DNA of 64,000 nucleotides from Takakia lepidozioides (GCA_030704615.1 CM060732.1:1736001-1800000); one strand, 5' to 3'. Positions 12,460-24,297 are shown, counted from the stretch's first letter. The notes: generated by a model from the sequence alone, not told the origin. Translations and numbers: made by a program.

Positions 12460-13816
12460 GTGCATGGATTGCGACTCAATCCATCTGCATCCCGATTGAT
12501 TTAAACCGGTCGATGCACCACCTGAAAGTCGTACTCTTGGAGAATGAGTGCCCACCGTGCAAGCTTCCCCGTAAGCTTGTCTGTCTCCATCAACCACTTA
12601 AGTGGCTGGTGATCCTTAACAAGGATGAAGAGATTGTCGTATAGATATCACCTGAAGTGTGCCACGGCCCACACTGCAGCTAAGCACTCTCCCTCATATG
12701 AACTATACTTAACCTCTGCAGCGTTGTTCGAGCGGCTAACATAAGCCACTTTAAACTTTCTCCCCTCATCATCCACCTGTGTGAGCACTGTTCCAAGCCC
12801 TAGCATGCTCCAATCCGTGTGCAGCTGAAAGGGACGCCCCCTGATATGTCGTCTCAAAATGGGCGCCGAGGTCAACCTCGCCTTGAGCTCCTGAAAAACT
12901 CGTTCTTGCTCATCTTCCCACTGCCACTCCTGGTCCACTTGGTCAGCTTGGTTAGAGCCTTTGCAATAGCACTAAATCCCTTGATAAACCGTTTATAATA
13001 GTTTGTCAACCCCATGAAAGCTCGAACTCGGCTCACATCCGTGGGGCGTGGAATTTGTGCAATGGCCTCTACTTTAGTCTGTTGTACCCCAATCCTCCAG
13101 GATATATCATGTGACCCAGATACTCAATCTGGTTGTGGAAAAACTTGCACTTCCCCGGATGCAGCTTCAATCCGTGCGCTCTCAAGTGCTCAAATACCAC
13201 CTGAAGATGTCTCTCATGCTTCTCCACCGTAGCACTGAAGATGATGATGTCATCTATATAGCACCAAGCAAACTCCACCCCTGCTAGAATCATGTCCATG
13301 ACTCTCTGGAACTCTGCTGGAGCGTTCTTAAGCCCAAATGGTAAGAACCGCCACTGATATAGGCAATCATTCTCGTGCTCATTGATCCCCCAGAATGTCG
13401 TCTTCTGCTTGTCTGCTTCCTTGATCGACAACTGGTGATATCCGGATCGTAAATCCAAAGTGCTAAAAACCTTAGCATGCCCAATGGCATCAAAGAGCTC
13501 CTCCGGTGTGGGCATGGCATACTTATCGGACTTGGTCTGACGATTTACAGGCCAGTCCGCATATATGTCTCTCCGTCCAATTGCCATAGACATACTTCTT
13601 GGCTGGCATCACTGTGGTTGAGGCATACTCTCCACCAGAGAGCTCCACCAAACGAGCCTCCCAGAGGTCTTGAGTCCTCATCCGAATAAAAGACCTCTCC
13701 ATGTCACTGTATCTATAGGGTCTCCGAAAGATTGACATGTCAGTGGCCAACTCAATACGAATTTCCTGACCCTTCAGTGCTCCCAAGTCATTCAAACTGA
13801 AGGCAAAGCAATTCAT
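12460..13816 (-). pseudogene. Gypsy reverse transcriptase plus RNase H
   Basis: ORFs 13523-13816, 13069-13593 and 12648-12938 carry RT motifs (KSDKYAMP, FSTLDLRSGYHQ, YIDDIIIFS, KLHPGKC, YLGH). RNase H motifs continue to ARWALILQEYDF. Confidence 0.92.
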
Positions 13817-14249
13817 GTAAGCCCTCAGAAACCACCGTATACGTCGTCTCTCTCCTCCGGTGACAATGGGTCCAATGTCAGGCTCCCAATTGTCCTCCGT
13901 AACTGCAACCTTAAGTCCAGCAGACTTAGAGGTAGGAGACGCGTCCCGTGGTTGCTATGCCGCAACCTCTTGAGTAGTGACCACTGCCTGCTCTGTCAGT
14001 GATAATGCCTTATCCTGCCCCATCATCTCATCCTTGAGGACCTCCTCAACCCGAGAATAATCCCCAACCTCATACATCACCGCCGCCTTGGCTGCCAACT
14101 CCCTCTGAACCTCGAGCACCTCCCACATATGCCATGGATGTCTGCACCCCGTGGTCCTCACCTGCTCGCCCCCACTTGCTGCCTGTACCGTCTCGGTAGG
14201 CAAAGAGACCATCAAAAGAAGTGTACTCCGCACTCTGCGCTGCTCAACC

Positions 14250-15190
14250 ATAGCCAAGCTAATAATCCAAGTCAAGCAATTGAGATCCATTGCTTGCCCC
14301 AACACCTGACGACGTGATGCCTCAGAAAGAGACGACACCGCCATGGTACAAGTGATAAAACCCATCGCCCGCTCACGCTTGTCAGCATTGGGCTCCACTA
14401 GCTGCTGCAACTGAACATCCCACAGGAGGCCAGGTCCACTATCTCGGAAAGCATGCGATCCTGGGAAACTGAGCAGTGTAGGTAGTGCTGCTTGTGGTTG
14501 ACCTACCTTATTGACCACTGCCAAAGGTCATGTCTCACACGCTGAGACTACCTCCATGTGTCCAAAATTCTATCCACTATGAGGTGTGGTGGTCGCTGCA
14601 CCCTATCAAATACACATATGAGCAGTGCGGGTGGCATCAAGTTAGTCCACCATAGCCGTGGACGATGAGCCCGTGACCCCACTGCAGCTGCATCTAGCAA
14701 CACTGCTGACCCAAGCAATGACCGCACTTGATGTACACTGGCCATCACCTTGGCCCGAGAATCGCCCATCAGTGGCACATTCTCTAAGATGTATACTGGA
14801 GATACAGCTTGATGAAGTTATAAGTGGCGCAAAACCCACACCATCTCCCAAAACAGACCCGATCATGAGTCTCGCAATCCATTGTCATGTCCAGCTGATA
14901 AATACCCTTGGCAGGGCCAACCTGCCACTATCAAATGAATGGAGCCAACCCGCTCCAAATCATGCGACCCCAGCAATGAAATGTCTGCTGGCAAGGCCTG
15001 CTGATATCCACGAACTGCAGACACCGACAACAACTCAGAGTACTGCTGCACCAACTGACCAACATGACATAGTGAGACGCGTTGTGCAGTCTCATGCCTC
15101 TCTACATACAAGTATCTCTGAACTTGTACACCTGCTCCTGGCAGCCAATCCGGTGCTAATCCCGCCAAACAAGTCCAGAAAGCAAATGCT
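14250..15190 (-). pseudogene. DNMT3-like C5 DNA cytosine methyltransferase domain embedded in gypsy Pol
   Basis: Motif I ICFLDLFGGISTGL (~15146-15187); GVQVQRYLYVE; motif IV LIVAGWPCQG (PCQ at 14908-14916); motif VI YILENVP (ENV at 14776-14784); motif VIII LDAAAVGSRAHRPRLWWTNL; motifs IX-X ERAMGF..SEASRRQVLGQAMD. Three internal stops and two compensating frameshifts. Confidence 0.9.
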
Positions 15191-15586
15191 TTCATCCGAA
15201 TATTGTCACACAATATGTGTTGTGTCCAATGGTGACAACTGAGGTGGTCCTGGTGCAATCACCGCACTATCCTCCTCTCCTAACGGTCTAAAAGCCTCTA
15301 CCCAGGCTTGTTGCACCCGTCGATCAGCAACCCGCTGCAACTCCTTGCTCGTGCCCCATAGTGGGGTGTGAGCAACCATGGCAGACAACTCCGTCATACC
15401 ATACATGTCATTCTGCTCTCCTGGAGGTGACACATCCTCTGAATGAGCGTTGCCCTCCAGCAACTCTCCAGGCCAACTCACTGCAGCTGTGAATGCTGCT
15501 AGTGTCGGCACCTTGCCTCGCTGGACAACCGCAACTCCTCCTATGAACGTCACAGGGAGCTGCATATGCTGGCCCTCCCCTGACTA

Positions 15587-16000
15587 TCATCCAGACCTAT
15601 AGGAAGCTGACTCCTCCCAAAAATCCAGGGTGAAGCCCATGGGGTACAACATTACCCCACCAACAAGAACATCGTACGAGACCGTGTCTATCACAATGGC
15701 CTTAACTCTCATCACTGAGCCATCTGTAGGATGATCTGGCTGTAGTCCGATAGCCAACTCACACGGTATCATGCCCCAAACTTGCTCTGATCCTCCCAGA
15801 GATGTCTGTATCTGGAATGGGCAAGACTCCATGTCCGTCTTCGTAAGGCCCAAGCCTACAATAGTAGCTCTACCCAGCATCAGTGGTTGAGCTCCCGAGT
15901 CCAACAAAACTCGCAGTGGCCGGTACCTCTTGCCTGCCGGTCCACTCAAACATAAAATGTCATCCTGGTTGTCTAACAAGACAACTCCAGGTATCACCAT
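15587..16000 (-). pseudogene. Retropepsin aspartic protease
   Basis: LRVLLDSGAQPLML active-site motif and C-terminal YDVLVG. Confidence 0.85.
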
Positions 16001-16512
16001 GGCGCGCTCAATGGCTGGCCTAGCTGACAGCTGCAGCTTGCCATGGCGCCGCCGTGACAGTCTTGACCCTCAAATCCGAGGATCCCTCCACCACTACACC
16101 TTCCACTATCTCCGCAGAAGATGAAGTGACCTCCCCACTCTCACAGAGTGTAGCTGCCAGTCTAAACACTACAGCTGGTCGCACCCCCGGTGTCGCAATC
16201 ATGGTAGCCGAGAACAATGGAGCCTGGCACACAGATGTGGCCGCCCCCAACAGCACACTAGCTACCGTAGCCTTGGCAGCACTAGGTTGTGGTGCTGCCC
16301 ATGTAGTTCTCCCCAATGGCATAGTAATCTCCGCCTCGATAATAGTCGGACGAGAACTAGGTGTCATGGATGACGTCGACACTGTCTCCGCCAATGTGAA
16401 TGACTGAGGAAGCCTAGCCTGATGACTTGCCTCCCCTCGTTGTGGATCCAACTCCACCTCTGCATGGCTCAGGATCTCATGCTGCTCCTCGAGTCACGGC
16501 AGCAGCAGACTC

Positions 16513-16650
16513 CACCTGCACTAGTGGTAGTGCTGCCCGCACATAGTGGTAGTGGTAGTGTTGCCCTACACTAGTGGTAGTGGTGGCCTGCACATAGTGA
16601 TAGTGGTAGTGGTAGTGGTACCCTCACTAGTGGTAGTGCTGCCCCGCACA
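16513..16650. repeat. Short internal repeat (CACTAGTGGTAGTG / CACATAGTG units) in the gag-PR linker
   Basis: Several ACTAGTGGTAGTG copies, encoding GAALPLV-like repeats on the - strand. Confidence 0.7.
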
Positions 16651-17166
16651 TAAATCCCATGCCTCCCATGTCTCCTCCCTCAGGAGCAGGAGGGGGACCC
16701 TCATGCCTGGGAGCTGGTACCACCTGAGCTGTGGCTATAGCAGGAAGCCTCTGCTCTAGCTGCTGAAGCCGGTTGGCCATGCCTTGATCAACACCCTGAC
16801 CTCCATGTCCTTGGCCATGTTGAGCTTGCCTTTGGCCTGCACCTCGTGCCTGACCACCTCGTCCCCTCTGAGCTGCTCCACCTCGCCCCGGCTACCACTG
16901 TTCTGTTGGAACTGGCCAGGGCGCAACTCAGGATGCAAGTCATAGCATTGGGCTTCTCCATGTCCATACTTGTCACAATGCCCACACTGCAACTGTGCAG
17001 GCTGTGCCTGAGCTGGCCCTCTGCCTCCCTCTGGGCAATCCTTCTTGACATGGGGTCCTCCACATGTCCAACACACGACACCCGCCGGTTGTTGGCCTGC
17101 AAATGAAGGGAGAGATCCCTGCACCTGAGATCCTCTCTGTCCTTCTATGGGCTTCACCTGAGCCCC

Positions 17167-18247
17167 TGCACTAGTGGTAACTAGTGGCAGCCTAGTGGTG
17201 CACTAGTGGTGGACTAGTGATAGACTAGTGTTTGGTGTGCACATGTGTTGCGTGGTTTTGGACAGCGATGTAGTTATGTAGCGATATGTATGCGCACGAT
17301 AGCTGTCAAATTATTTTACCACTAGTGTGAAACTAGCTAGGAAATAGTTGGTTTTGATATATTGACATTTGGGATTGACCCAAGTATCAATCCAGGGGCC
17401 AATGTATGTTTGGGCACCTGGCGTGGTTATCTTCACGGCAGATCGCGGTGGGCTCATCTTTCTCGAGTTGAGCCTCACCGCGTCTAGCTATGGCGTTGTA
17501 GTGTGGATTCCCCATAGCGTGGGGTGCACTTGGCTCGACTTGTATTTGAGTGATGATTTATACATGCATCAATTGTGTGAGACATGTGAACTTATATTCT
17601 TCTTGTTTATCATTGTGATGGACTAGTGGCTGCACTAGTGGTGACTAGTGGCAGCCTATGGTGCACTAGTGGTGGACTAGTGATAGACTAGTGTTTGGTG
17701 TGCACATATGTTGTGTGGTTTTGGACAGCGATGTAGTTGTGTAGCGATATGTATGCGCACGACAGCTGTCAAGTTATTTTACCAATAGTGTGAAACTAGC
17801 TAGAAAATAGTTGGTTTTGATATATTGACATTTGGGATTGACCCAAGTGTCAATCCAGGGGCAATGTATGTTTGGGCACCTGGCGTGGTTAGCTTCACGG
17901 CAGATCGCGGTGGGCTCATCTTTCTCGAGTTGAGCCTCGCCGCGTCTAGCTATGGCGCCGTAGTGTGGATTCCCCATGGCGTGGGGTGCACTTGGCTCGA
18001 CTATTTGAGTGATGATTTATACATGCATCAATTGTGTGAGACATGTGAACTTATATTCTTCATGTTTATAATTGTGATGGACTAGTAGCAGCCTAGTGGT
18101 GGACTAGTGGCTGCACTAGTGGTGACTAGTGGTTGCCTAGTGGCAGCCTAGTGGTGGACTAGTGACAGACTAGTGTTTGGTGTGCACATGTGTTGTGTGG
18201 TTTTGGACAGTGATGTAGTTGTGTAGCGATATGTATGCGCACGACAG
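17167..18247. repeat. Tandem repeat of ~2.3 units of ~465-480 bp, each headed by ACTAGTGG micro-repeats
   Basis: Near-identical units start at ~17167, ~17631 and ~18111. Duplicate ORFs 17369-17626 and 17825-18085 confirm the repeat. Confidence 0.92.
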
Positions 18248-18299
18248 GGGTCTTCATCATATCGTCTACAGCTCGGCCAATCTCGGGGCCCAACTCACC

Positions 18300-18720
18300 T
18301 GTCACAATAAAGAGATGGGAACTCACGAGTTCGGATTCCTTCTATGCAATGCATGTGTAGTATCAAAGTTACATGAGAGGGGTTGACGTGGCGCAAGACC
18401 AGTTGAGGGGTGCCTATAGCATGCAGTTGAAAACCCATAAATGGTGGCACAAAGTGTTTTCTTTCTTGTTGGATACTACAATAGTGAATGCGTACTTGCT
18501 GCCTTCTGCATACCTGAAGGGGATGGGCAAGTGTGCCCTCAACCATATGGAATTCAATTTGGCAATGGCCCACTATTTGACAGCCGGTACTTGGACATCC
18601 TTGGGTGTGGCTGGGGCAAATGCGGCGGGGTGTGGGGATTGGCACCAATGCTTGCGTTCCACACTTCGTCGACTGTGTGTTCGATGCAAAAAGCGGACAC
18701 CTTCTTCTTCGACCTATTTC
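18300..18720 (+). mobile_element. piggyBac/PGBD-like transposase C-terminal fragment
   Basis: YMRGVDVAQDQLRGAYSMQLKTHKWWHKVFSFLLDTTIVNAY matches the DDE_Tnp_1_7 C-terminal pattern (YN..MGGVD..DQ..Y..KWW..F..LD....NA). It is followed by H..RRLCVRCKKRT, the start of a Cys-rich domain. Confidence 0.8.
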
Positions 18721-18779
18721 AGCCTATTTTGCCCTCTCATCAGACTCGGGCCTGATATGCATACTGAATTGTCAAGGAC

Positions 18780-19040
18780 AAAGCATCGTGTTCCATGACA
18801 CCACATCTCGTTCAGCCATAGTGTTGAAAACTCCCTTCGCATCCTTAATGCACCCACATTTGGCATACATGTCCACCAGGGTAGTGTTCACAATGACATC
18901 TGGTACAATTCCTTGACAATGTCATCATGGACCTCTTTCCCCTTTTCCAGGGCTCCCAGGCTTGCACACGCATTGCAAACACAAATGAACGTGATGTGGT
19001 TGGGCTTCACCCTTTCGCGCATCATTTGCTCACCACATCA
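18780..19040 (-). pseudogene. PLS-class PPR fragment (L and S motifs)
   Basis: Manual translation: [37 protein letters not shown] / [44 protein letters not shown]. Confidence 0.88.
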
Positions 19041-19089
19041 AGGTGCCCTAGGGAGATTGCCCAAGAACATCAATAGCATGAGCAGCCTG

Positions 19090-20330
19090 AACTAGAGCAA
19101 CACTTTGAAGCTGCTACTGATCAGGATAGGTCTTCATTGGAACCTCAGCGGCAGATTGATTCCACCAATGAAGTCTTTACGTCAAATACTAGCCAACGAC
19201 CTATGCAACCTACTCGTCGTTCTACCAGAGCATCAAGAGGAAACATTCCGAATAAGTACAATGATTTTGAGCTCTACTTACCAGATGACGTGGAACTGTA
19301 TGTTGTGGAAATTAGTGACCAAGTGACTGATTCTATCACTTTCTCTGAGGCATTCAATGATCTGGGTTGGAATGCTGCAATGCGGGAAGAATTTGAGTCT
19401 TTGCTGAAGAACAGGACTTGGGAACTGACTAAGTTACCAGCGGGTAGACGTCCACTGTCGGCCAGATGGATTTATAGAGCTAAGCCCATCAATGACCTCA
19501 ACAGTCCAACCAGGACTCGTCTCAAAGCACGACTTGTGGCTAGAGGCATAGAGCAACAACACGACATTGATTACAAAGAAACTTTTGCTCCAGTTGTTCG
19601 TTGGTCAACTTTGAGGGCTATCATAGCGATGGCAGTTGCTGCTGGGTGGCCAATTTCACACATGGACGTTGTTACTGCTTTTCTTAATGGAAACCTTGAA
19701 GAAGTAATCTACATGCAGCAACCACTGGGCTTTGAAGAAAAAAGACTTGAGCATTTGGTATGCAAGTTAAAGAAATCTTTGTATGGGCTAAAGCAATCTC
19801 CACATGCATGGTATCACGAGATTGACTCATTTCTGAGAACTGAAGGCTGGATCCGCAATGACGCAGACCCTAACCTATATTATCTGGAGAAGGATCAGCT
19901 GTTGTTTTCCTGCTGCTGTACGTCGATGATCTCTTGATTACAGGAAATGATGCCTCAAAAATTTCTCAAGTAAAGTAGCAACTTCAAAATAAATATGAGA
20001 TGAAGGATCTCGGTGAGATCACTAAGTACCTTGGCGTTGAGTTTGCTTGCACAGATCAAGGGATGCTAATGCATCAACATACATATGCTCAACAAATTCT
20101 GAAGGACCAAGGCATGGAAGATTGCAGAATGGAGCACACACCACTTCCCGATGGATTTGTAACTCAATTTGAAATGGACACTGCTCCGGTTGATAGTACT
20201 GAGTATTGCCAATTGGTGGGAAAATTGTTGTTCTTAATTAACACTCGCCCAGACCATATGTTGTCGGATTGGTGGCTCGGTTTATGTCAAAACCGCAACA
20301 ACAACATATGGAAGCAGTATAGGGTACAAC
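19090..20330 (+). mobile_element. Ty1/copia RT block (RVT_2), lying upstream of gag
   Basis: WNAAMREEFESLLKNRTWEL, RLKARLVARG, ETFAPV, HMDVVTAFLNG, LKKSLYGLKQSP, YVDD (frameshifted), MKDLGE..YLG, Y.QLVGKLLFL..TRPD. Confidence 0.92.
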
Positions 20331-20429
20331 TACAGTTCTGACCATGTCGCCATGGACCTCTTTGCCATTTTCCAGATTATTTGATTACAGGTCTCCAAAG
20401 CCTTCCTACCACGTCCCTGCTATGGATAC

Positions 20430-23424
20430 CTTGAACGAGATGAAGTCTGGGACGAATTAAACTTTACTGGTGAAAACGCTGACAATGATTTTGCTGAGGA
20501 TGATGTAGGTGATGTAGCTGTCAACGAAGGTGGTGACGTCAATGCTCCTGTGCAACCTCGATATACTCCTCAGCAGATCCGACGTTTTAAAGTTAAAGCT
20601 CGTTCTATTCTGACTGCTACAGTCAAGGACAAGTTTTTGCCTACAATTCGTCAATATTCTAACGATCATGTTGGATGCTGGAATCACTTCAAACAACGCT
20701 TTGGAGGTGATTTGATTCAACGTCAGCTTCTTTTGGAGCAGCAGTTACAAGCGGTAAAAATGACAGAAAGCACAACCATCGAGGATTACCTCAAGGAAGT
20801 TGATGACTCTCTTCTCAACTGGCGGCCATCAACGCTGATGTTGACAACGTTCGGCTCATACACATTGTTCTTCGTGGGCTCCCATTGAGTTGGGGTCCAT
20901 TTATCTCCAGCTTTGGCTCTGATCTGTCTCAGCAACCTGCACCGACTTATAGCAATCTGGTGGAACGTCTCCAAGCCGAAGAATACTGGAGGAAAGGCAA
21001 ACAAGAAGAAGTTGCTGAACATGCTATGATGGCCTCTCGCTTTCGGGCCCCAGCAGGTGGAAGAGCTCCCGGGTCCATCTACTCCAACTCACCGTGGTTT
21101 CTCACGACCTAGTCCTAACCGTGGACGTCATGTAGCTGGGGCATGCAACTACTGTGCTAAGCATGGACACTGGGAAGCTGAGTGCGAACTGAAAAAGCTT
21201 GATGATCAGATCTCACAGCTATGGCTCCGAGCTTCCAATCTCCGCAGAGTGAAACCACAAGCTAATTTAGCTGAAGATATGATGACTATGAAGAAGAGGT
21301 TGGTGACTTCTCTGAAGAAATTTCAGCTAACTTTACAGAGTTAGGACTTGATCAGCGAGACTGGTACATGGACTCCGGTGCAAGTAACCATATTACCGGT
21401 GATAAAGCAACATTGTCCGAATTTGTGCCTAGCTCGTCTAATCCATCTGTAACCACAACTGGCGGCTCCAAGCTTCCCATTTTGGGCAAGGGCACTGCAA
21501 ATGTTGATAATAAAGCTGTACGCAATGTTCTTTACGTCCCGGGTGCACATAAGAATCTCATGTCTGTTGGCAAGCTAACAGATGCTGGGCATCTTATTCT
21601 TTTTTATTCCAAAGCTTGTTATGTGTTTGATAAAGATAATCCTCAGCTTGTTGCTCTCCAAGCTACTCGAAATCCACGTAACAACTTGTACCGTCTTTCT
21701 GCTGCATTGCCTGGCCAACACGTGCATCGATATTCACGAGGTATCACTTCTCTTCCTTCATTCAATCATTGTCGTCCACATACATCTCGGTATTTGTTAC
21801 ACGAGGTTGTTTCAGAACCACCCCAAGTTCTTGAAATTACACAAACCAATACCGATGTGGTCGATCTTTGGCACAAGCGGCTTAGTCATCTTAATTTCCA
21901 ATCGGCTTATCATATGACGACTAAGGAGCTAGTCACAGGGATTCCCAAACTTCCATTGGCCAAACGAACATGCACCTCTTGCATACTTGCTAAGCAGCAT
22001 CACGAAAGGATTCCAAAATGGGCGCAGACACAACCAACCCGACCATTTCAGCTGGTACATTCGGACTTATGTGGACCAGTAAAAACGACTGCTTCTGCGT
22101 TTTAACATTTATTGACGATTACTCTCGCTTTACTTGGGTGTATTTTCTCGCTAATAAAAGTGAAGCTTTTGCTCGTTTTAAGGAGTTCAAGGCCATGATT
22201 GAAAGTCAATTCCAGTTGAGAATTTCCTGTCTAAGGACAAATCGTGGTGGCGAGTACATGTCTCATGACTTTCTTCAATACTGCCACTACCATGGAATTC
22301 GTCGCCAATTGACTGCTCCCAACACCCCACATCAAAATGGTGTTGTTGAGCGGAAGAATCGGACTTTGCTCGAAGCTGCTCGTGCCATCTTCATAGACTC
22401 CAAATTCCCCAGTTCTCTTTGGATGGAAGCTGTTCGTGCTGCTGCCTACGTCCTCAACCGTTGCTGTACTCGGGCTCTACATCTCAAAACCCTTTTTCAA
22501 GCACTCAACGGTAATAAACCCAACCTTTCACATCTCCTTGTTCTCGGATGTACTGCCTTTGTCCATATTCCATCTCAATTTAGGTCCAAACTTCAGGCTA
22601 AGGCAGTTCAGGCAGTTCTTGTTGGTTATGATACTCAAACAAAAAGCTACCGGTGCTACGATCCACTCCGTCGTCGAATTCTCATTAGCCCGAATGTCAC
22701 TTTTGTTGAAGAGGCGCTTGGGGATTTCCAGCATGTGCCTTCTCCCACATTCTTCGATGAATTGTTGTCTGTTCTTGGTCCGGATCAGGCTCACCCTCGT
22801 GAGCCAGAAAAAAAACAATGGACTACGGTCTTTTCTTCCAGTGCAGCCCCGATCTCACTCTCGTCGGATGCTGATTATTTGGGTTGCTTAGAGACTCGGC
22901 GCTCTACTGGTGGTTATGTGTTCACAATGGCTTCTGGGGCAATTTCATGGTCAAGCAAAAGGCAAGCCACCGTTTCAGACAGCACTACACAAGCCGAATA
23001 TAAAGCTTTGTCTGAAGCCACAAAGGAAGTAGTCTGTCTTAGAAGGCTATTACAGGAATTAAAGGCCTTATATACCACTGCAGTCTCACTCAAATGCAAA
23101 AAGGTACAAATCCAGTCGGATCTCTCCAAGGCCTCCATTCCTACCCTGCAGGATCTTCACTTGAATTGCGACAATCAAGGTTCTATTAAATTGGCACTCA
23201 ATCCCGTTTTTCACGTACGTACCAAGCACATAGAAGCAAAACATCACTTCGTAAGAGAACGAATACTAGAAGGCGAGGTGAAACTCAAACATGTTGCCAG
23301 CGACGAACAACATGCAGACATTTTTACTAAACCTGTAGGCAGACAACTGTTTGAGAAGCATCGTCATTTTATTGGTGTTCGATCCTTATCTCATCTCTCT
23401 GCTGTTTCTGATGTCTGGCTGTAG
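20430..23424 (+). mobile_element. Ty1/copia gag-PR-INT fused directly to RNase H, with RT absent from its normal position
   Basis: UBN2-type gag with CNYCAKHGHWEAEC; WYMDSGASNHIT protease; LWHKRLSH..CTSC; FIDDYSR, LRTNRGGEY, QNGVVERKNRTL; then SDADYLG..RRSTGG, CDNQ, RTKHIE, ADIFTK. Confidence 0.92.
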
Positions 23425-23430
23425 AGAGGG

Positions 23431-24297
23431 TGTTGTAAATGAGGACAACCAGGCTTACTATCTTTACTAGTTAGATTAGTTGTATCTGCGTAGGCTTATC
23501 AGTTTGGTCTTTATTGTTTATCCTGTAGTTAGCCTTGTCAGCTTTGTTTTGTGCCTTACATTATAGGGATTAGATTCACTGTAGCTAGCTACGTCTGTCA
23601 CAGGGCGGCGCACCCTCCCTTCAACCTCATGTATATCTTTGGGGGTGTTACTGGTGCCCCCTCTATTCTCTCAGATTATGTTTTTATCCTCAGTTGCATC
23701 GGATCCTCCTACTGCCTTTACGAACGAATGTCATCCTGCTTCGTCTCCGCCTTCCCTCCCTGTCTCTCTGCTCCTCGCTGGCTTGGCGGCTCCCCCATCA
23801 TTTCTTTTCCATCGGACACTCCTCCTTCTCCCTCTTTTGCACTTGTAGACAAGTTGCGCGCTTCCCCATGCTCTGCATAGAAGCATGTCTACATGGCTGC
23901 ATTGAAGTCCCCACTCCATCCCACCTCTCTTTGATAAAGCTGTTGACAGAGCGCGCGATTTATCGATCTTGACAGATCCGCCCATCTGCTAGTGACAGCC
24001 AGTGGCGGCCCTCACTTTTATTCATCTGTCTCTCAACGAGCTTGCTTCTTCAGGGTATGTCTCTTCTCCTTTTCTCTCTCTTAGCTTGATTTTGCACTGC
24101 TCCTCTGTTTCTACCTCCACCTTCGTGGTTGGATCTTCTTTCACTTCCCATCTCTATGGCTTCTCACAGCGAACCTTCCCCTCGCTTGTGATCGGGCGTT
24201 TCCATCGGGCGTTTCCCCGTTTCCAACCGTCGTCATGTTGACAGTTCTTCTATCCTCGGTGCTGGACCCCTTGCTCCCTCTTCGCTTTCTTCTAACA
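23431..24297 (+). repeat. Probable copia 3' LTR preceded by a polypurine tract
   Basis: PPT-like AGAGAGGG at the RNase H stop, then TGTTG. Candidate end CTAACA at 24297. The end position is inferred because there is no second copy. Confidence 0.55.

Larger units (their letters stand above)
10824..17165 (-). mobile_element. Ty3/gypsy gag-pol body with order knuckles-PR-DNMT-RT-RNaseH-INT-PHD; pseudogenised
   Basis: Two CCHC knuckles (~16930-17075), LLDSGA protease, C5-MTase motifs, RT (LDLRSGYHQ, PFGLKNAP, YIDD), RNase H (TDWS..LG.VL, EGECLAAVWAV), integrase, and a C4HC3 PHD. Confidence 0.92.

Noticed and set aside
14250-15190. MTase as bacterial contamination or a host DRM/DNMT3 gene
   Set aside because: It has no introns, is in frame with the retroviral protease and RT, has non-permuted motif order unlike DRM, and is flanked by plant TE sequence.
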